A DNA stretch of 37,440 nt from a virus (taxonomy: Duplodnaviria > Caudoviricetes): positions 1-37,440 of the IMG/VR virus record IMGVR_UViG_3300028633_000021. One strand, given 5' to 3'. Shown here piece by piece: positions 37,101-37,440 of the stretch. The translations under genes and the position numbers were made by a program. The notes under the pieces are model-generated. The model did not search any database and was not told the DNA's origin. It was given only the letters and a program-made list of their open reading frames with translations. Each line of letters opens with the position of its first letter. The stretch's first letter is position 1.

Positions 37101-37440
37101 CCGACGGCGTGGCCATGAACCCGCCGTTCGGCAAGGGCGGCAGCCTGGCCGGGCCGCACCTGGCCAAGGCCTTCAACGACCACCTGGAGGTCGGCGGCCG
37201 CATCGTGGCGCTGCTGCCCGAGGGGCCGGCGATGGATGCGCGGCTGGACAAGATGATGAACGGCAGCAGCGCGCAGCCGGTCAACCCGACCTACGAACAC
37301 CCGACGATCGGCGCGATCTACAAGGGCGACGGCGTGCGCTTCGACGGCGACGGCGGCGTGACCTACACCGTGGTGGGCATGAGCCAGCTGGGCGACGGCA
37401 TCATCCGGCTGCACAAGCCGGGCGTCGGCAGCGACCGCGA
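28139..37440 (+). CDS. Giant DarB-like polyvalent protein (>3100 aa, truncated by the window): hydrophobic segment, inorganic-pyrophosphatase-like domain, SH3/Tudor-like repeats, SF2 helicase, N6-adenine methyltransferase
   Basis: ATG at 28139 overlaps the upstream TGA. Frame 2 has no stop-terminated ORF in the track and all motifs fall in it: QKEAGNYAKGH...IENP.GS.R...HYGYIRGTEGADGDHVD...FDEHKVMLGF (~29985-30280), GTGTGKT (34997-35017), DEAQ (35255), QQEGRIYRVGQ (~36515), LEPSAGDG (~36938), NPPF (37118-37129). Confidence 0.9.
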   Translation, partial: MSKVDPDAYFGTPTQGEAPAKPRRSLNPDDYFGPPAAPPPPPEPTMLDKALGAASDALSKKAEPPPKRERPKPAAMPWERTPAQEAKVRAGDQQDDSVLGRPSPHALPPEPLIDQRGAPLNAEAFARLKKQMAAMLRNAREAQLGRRDLPNWMLSALTEANRQINLDDKGAATTGVTGPDASAEARASTLIQGGMRGDVAQGVGQVQAGQGGLTVPPAQARTGAPSLLTGEEEAANAATGAEMAKRSIGARGLYAAQEGLLGATAGVMSAALRAAGDDEAAKVYEKVGQGAAVRAQAADELTAMRGRAMGQGIIPSGALGGAANHMESLGVVAANSLGQMLPGLVAGIASGNPVVGVTLAVAPVFGQSYVARREAGGSPGVSAAYAGLMTGFEALGEAIGLVPMAIRAFKAKNADVDIAELPAKVERYIQALEKRGLVNKTGGNILRWQAGEHAGEQLTFAGQYLLDGTKLGLDQDITLRGYLEGVRDTAITTALVTGAVQAGVTAAKGVVGGPRGGDLQRAGEAADAAENAKRAALDKWATRGLIGGASSDGLLIPPPATAAADNTAQPAVNAGASAPADAPLSADDLLGTPLDEAAHGAATSPTNDRPEPTEGQKEAGNYAKGHIKLGGLDISIENPQGSVRRGVDPDGNEWANTLQSHYGYIRGTEGADGDHVDTFIRPGTADDYSGPVFVIDQRDPKTGKFDEHKVMLGFATPDEAEAAYRANYAPDWQGLGYLTGMDMPAFKGWVKGGDHKIPFSVAFKETKREQPDMAAPAPVAAGTPAAGVPVAGGSGGNLGSLPDGNGRVGGAAPAPVPGSGAPGPVGDAGHPNGALSDTPDFETTYPKPLGGKNSAFSGLDGEYLAGAVKSTHDQFAGDIAIDLQVARTLREGLDRDIDPDTGAAFTPERRKEAEGDIAGRIMEIEGTLGEYASEFGDAHRAAFQARVAPDLDAMSKPTTAMPAVAQGVAPQGVAPAVAPKSQLEQEAEAALNDLAEVLGTKKPAAAPAAPAAEPPAAWTTTEFASRIEKMLAELEAAGAQGMADAIRAGVTMDAKGGRLSEETIAFRESVARREMARMATVDGKRPEATYPKETADTVAASDKASATLPRPILEAAATRLNELGQQLAALGFASETEVDGNAPPDARDLARQMRNVRTSLMGLAPRRYMQAVGHKRFKPDALNRDEDFASRVLNLDTRAHPGVDTTNIVGFSGVRERAKQKAKRISTFPKTVNGSTLLAGINAAGGISIELLHDLSMRREIGLKDKNGRKRITWFNPSGGKGNKGLFREGGMSTDEIAWWMEEGGHLEPGATERDYKDADERARAMITAALNREEPKTISEVEDDAQAYNDAEREAYYREQDEQRARYEQEADDAAQNYYASLDPEAAAEAEAERAAIMSENDISLAEMSELEDADIAWDAPGLGGMEGMRSSGLFTEQEIADEEAAERAAQASREKAVADGPGRPGAAAAPGAAAAGDASEGSDQALNESRERTQRADDLIAKLTDAQVKAVAKLVGMDATRTVPMLRTLLLTRDAQQVLDAVRMLRGQPNAPTIAAPASEEPPLLESYSDEDLKARAAREAALNEVEREEQRKLAALAAAETRRRNKAEEDARAARVLKERADAAVDGFELGQEPPSAVVTPDEVAGQGSIFDAPAEPAPAYVPSPAEAARAKHFTVGNVLKSYGGGHDEVLSYTAPTEPGGRWSVKVHPVIKGSGSPEWVRVGKPQDARQHSTEPTAREMKAGPAAGPLMHVPGDIVSYTEGRADGRPHPNAPDRGLKAQDPPRLARGLAPTNLGAKVPPQVPVGIPAGMVAFGEPYYVDGSLVQGYAQFAKGQVVKLKGLGSEATILEAASAGPKFTRFIIKTAFGEQAANASELEAAAAPPPPAPRFKIGDKLIYRGGPDSPIASGALVTIKAVRMTAGGPLYEIDPPGFAPGTVVAYANERELAPEAAPPAKRKPKPQRKPLEVSEGDTEEMRKAKADALAALGDLGDILSKGARLNMTPEQEQKLLPVLTRLFDAAFRMGYLKFKQAAKWVLDTMAAHPALGKEAVDLITIDHLQGAYITMSSRHRDAPEGKRPDSKVDVVSVESKDEIDAYTDQPTEESDDAADRQPSVEPDSPPGARPGVAAPDGNAARTPGGRAGGNGGSASRPGGAVDRGPGVPAGSPAAAGAPGDSVVPEDKPAVPRGPAGSPVGERGNPFDGERAPPDSLTDEGVEEATRRDTAGVIERAARQRAAESIPVVLGDEQNVANTLPILLPLQQADVLFAEARFAVEDGYGVLFTNGTGTGKTAVGLGVVKRFVKRGKKNVLILAPSQTVVDAWVKFAPLLGLNVNKLASTKDHGNGVVITTYANLRDNNALIRREWDLLVSDEAQALNQNAEGDPTEAARRFRALSLHPDSARARTEMRYPDLAAEIADLNKKYEEAVKAKNVVGQRVIEAKLQPLVKRFRAYMEVEQEKLDVSQGAGRTRALFLSATPFAYETSVKWAQGYLFDWNKGFTQGTDYNSPDAYGNFMITNFGWRMRTGKLTQPDERKVDRGLLQRMFNTRLKNEGVLAGRMLEVEPDYDRRFVAAQSGLGLRIDQAFQWFYDTPAESLGDLPVNEGIDTPEGKLQAIRSAMHNVRDALSKRFDYHTRMRLLESLKAEAAVPYIEAQMALGRKIVVFHDLIQGQTHDPFGVRFKPDQAPTEAAVLEAWKEPFRDLVERNWNVLKSPIETLVEAFGPDVDLLNGTRSDKQRKAALERFNSDDQGPMVLVVQSALEAGWSGHDTTGKHQRVLINLGLPVTPTRSIQQEGRIYRVGQMSDAILRYLNTQTNWEMQAFAQTIARRASTAENLAMGEQARGLLASYVEAFEETGDWTPGHEGEGKGGKARDRELAKVTSEWDRAKTFYWAKLKKTAATKAREGKDWFATPEPLGLKMVQWLDLRSGETSLEPSAGDGAIARWLPDFTKRVAVEPSPTLAPRLALVFDGSLKNIPFEDLHVTNKADGVAMNPPFGKGGSLAGPHLAKAFNDHLEVGGRIVALLPEGPAMDARLDKMMNGSSAQPVNPTYEHPTIGAIYKGDGVRFDGDGGVTYTVVGMSQLGDGIIRLHKPGVGSDR
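30441..30644 (+). CDS. Nested +1-frame gene A inside the giant gene, 67 aa (MSSLTWQRLPPWLLEPL...)
   Basis: AAGGAG at 30428-30433, GTG 7 nt later; 59 of 67 codons end in G/C and all 12 Leu codons are CTG (hand count). Confidence 0.65.
   Translation: MSSLTWQRLPPWLLEPLQQGCLSLAEAAEIWDHCLTGTGEWAVLPPHLFPAAERLALWEMQAIPTVH
32466..32603 (+). CDS. Nested +1-frame gene B inside the giant gene, 45 aa basic helix (MKKPPSELRKRAVKKL...)
   Basis: AGGAG at 32454-32458, ATG 7 nt later; 41 of 45 codons end in G/C (hand count). Confidence 0.55.
   Translation: MKKPPSELRKRAVKKLSQMDPADRERLLRLERLRRGMPAKGQTKR
34464..34826 (+). CDS. Nested +1-frame gene C inside the giant gene, 120 aa (MLQIDSRVWNQIAPLA...)
   Basis: GAGGAG at 34451-34456, ATG 7 nt later; globular helical composition and CTG/GAG/CAG codon bias, while the host frame is a Gly/Pro/Ala/Arg linker. 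Confidence 0.72.
   Translation: MLQIDSRVWNQIAPLARDPVWQRRMAMQHEPLVAELEAMADRLRAQGVPSIVVLAYQQAAPLLQERPAIQSFLKTNPQFREALPEVLSVNEAILLMVNEHHLTVSQTRVLRKLLAETPPA

Noticed and set aside
5941-37414. Many long minus-strand ORFs (e.g. 5941-8025, 9003-11006, 19807-21987, 23301-25262, 30536-32494, 34670-37414)
   Set aside because: They are antisense shadows of high-GC plus-strand genes, with no motifs and Arg/Gly/His/Val-biased translation.
1-37440. CRISPR array, tRNA, rRNA, integrase/att sites
   Set aside because: None recognised by eye; prophage versus free phage cannot be decided from this window.

Overview
The whole window is a continuous stretch of a high-GC tailed phage or prophage with a podovirus-like layout. 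The P22-type portal, N4-gp56/DUF4043-type capsid and giant ejected protein resemble F116/933W/Bcep22-like phages (from recall, not searched). Order: lysis cassette (membrane proteins/holin, M15 endolysin, Rz with embedded Rz1); a reverse-strand cassette of small genes including radC; terS-like gene; three small accessory genes (including a crAss001_48/Sequestin-like helical protein and an HslV/Ntn-like protease); terL carrying an intein; portal; SGNH-like protein; scaffold; capsid; adaptors; nozzle; tail fibres; an AT-richer cupin + Asp/Asn-hydroxylase pair; two ejection proteins; and a >3100-aa DarB-like polyvalent protein that runs off the window end. That last gene is missing from the ORF track and contains a pyrophosphatase-like domain, an SF2 helicase and an NPPF methyltransferase. 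Two striking cases of dual coding stand out. (1) The terL intein carries its HNH/zinc-finger homing endonuclease as a separate gene in another reading frame, while the intein frame stays open over it. (2) The giant DarB-like gene hides three small +1-frame genes inside its low-complexity linkers, each with a GGAG Shine-Dalgarno 7 nt upstream and phage-like codon usage. Family names come from motif recognition only; no database searches were run.
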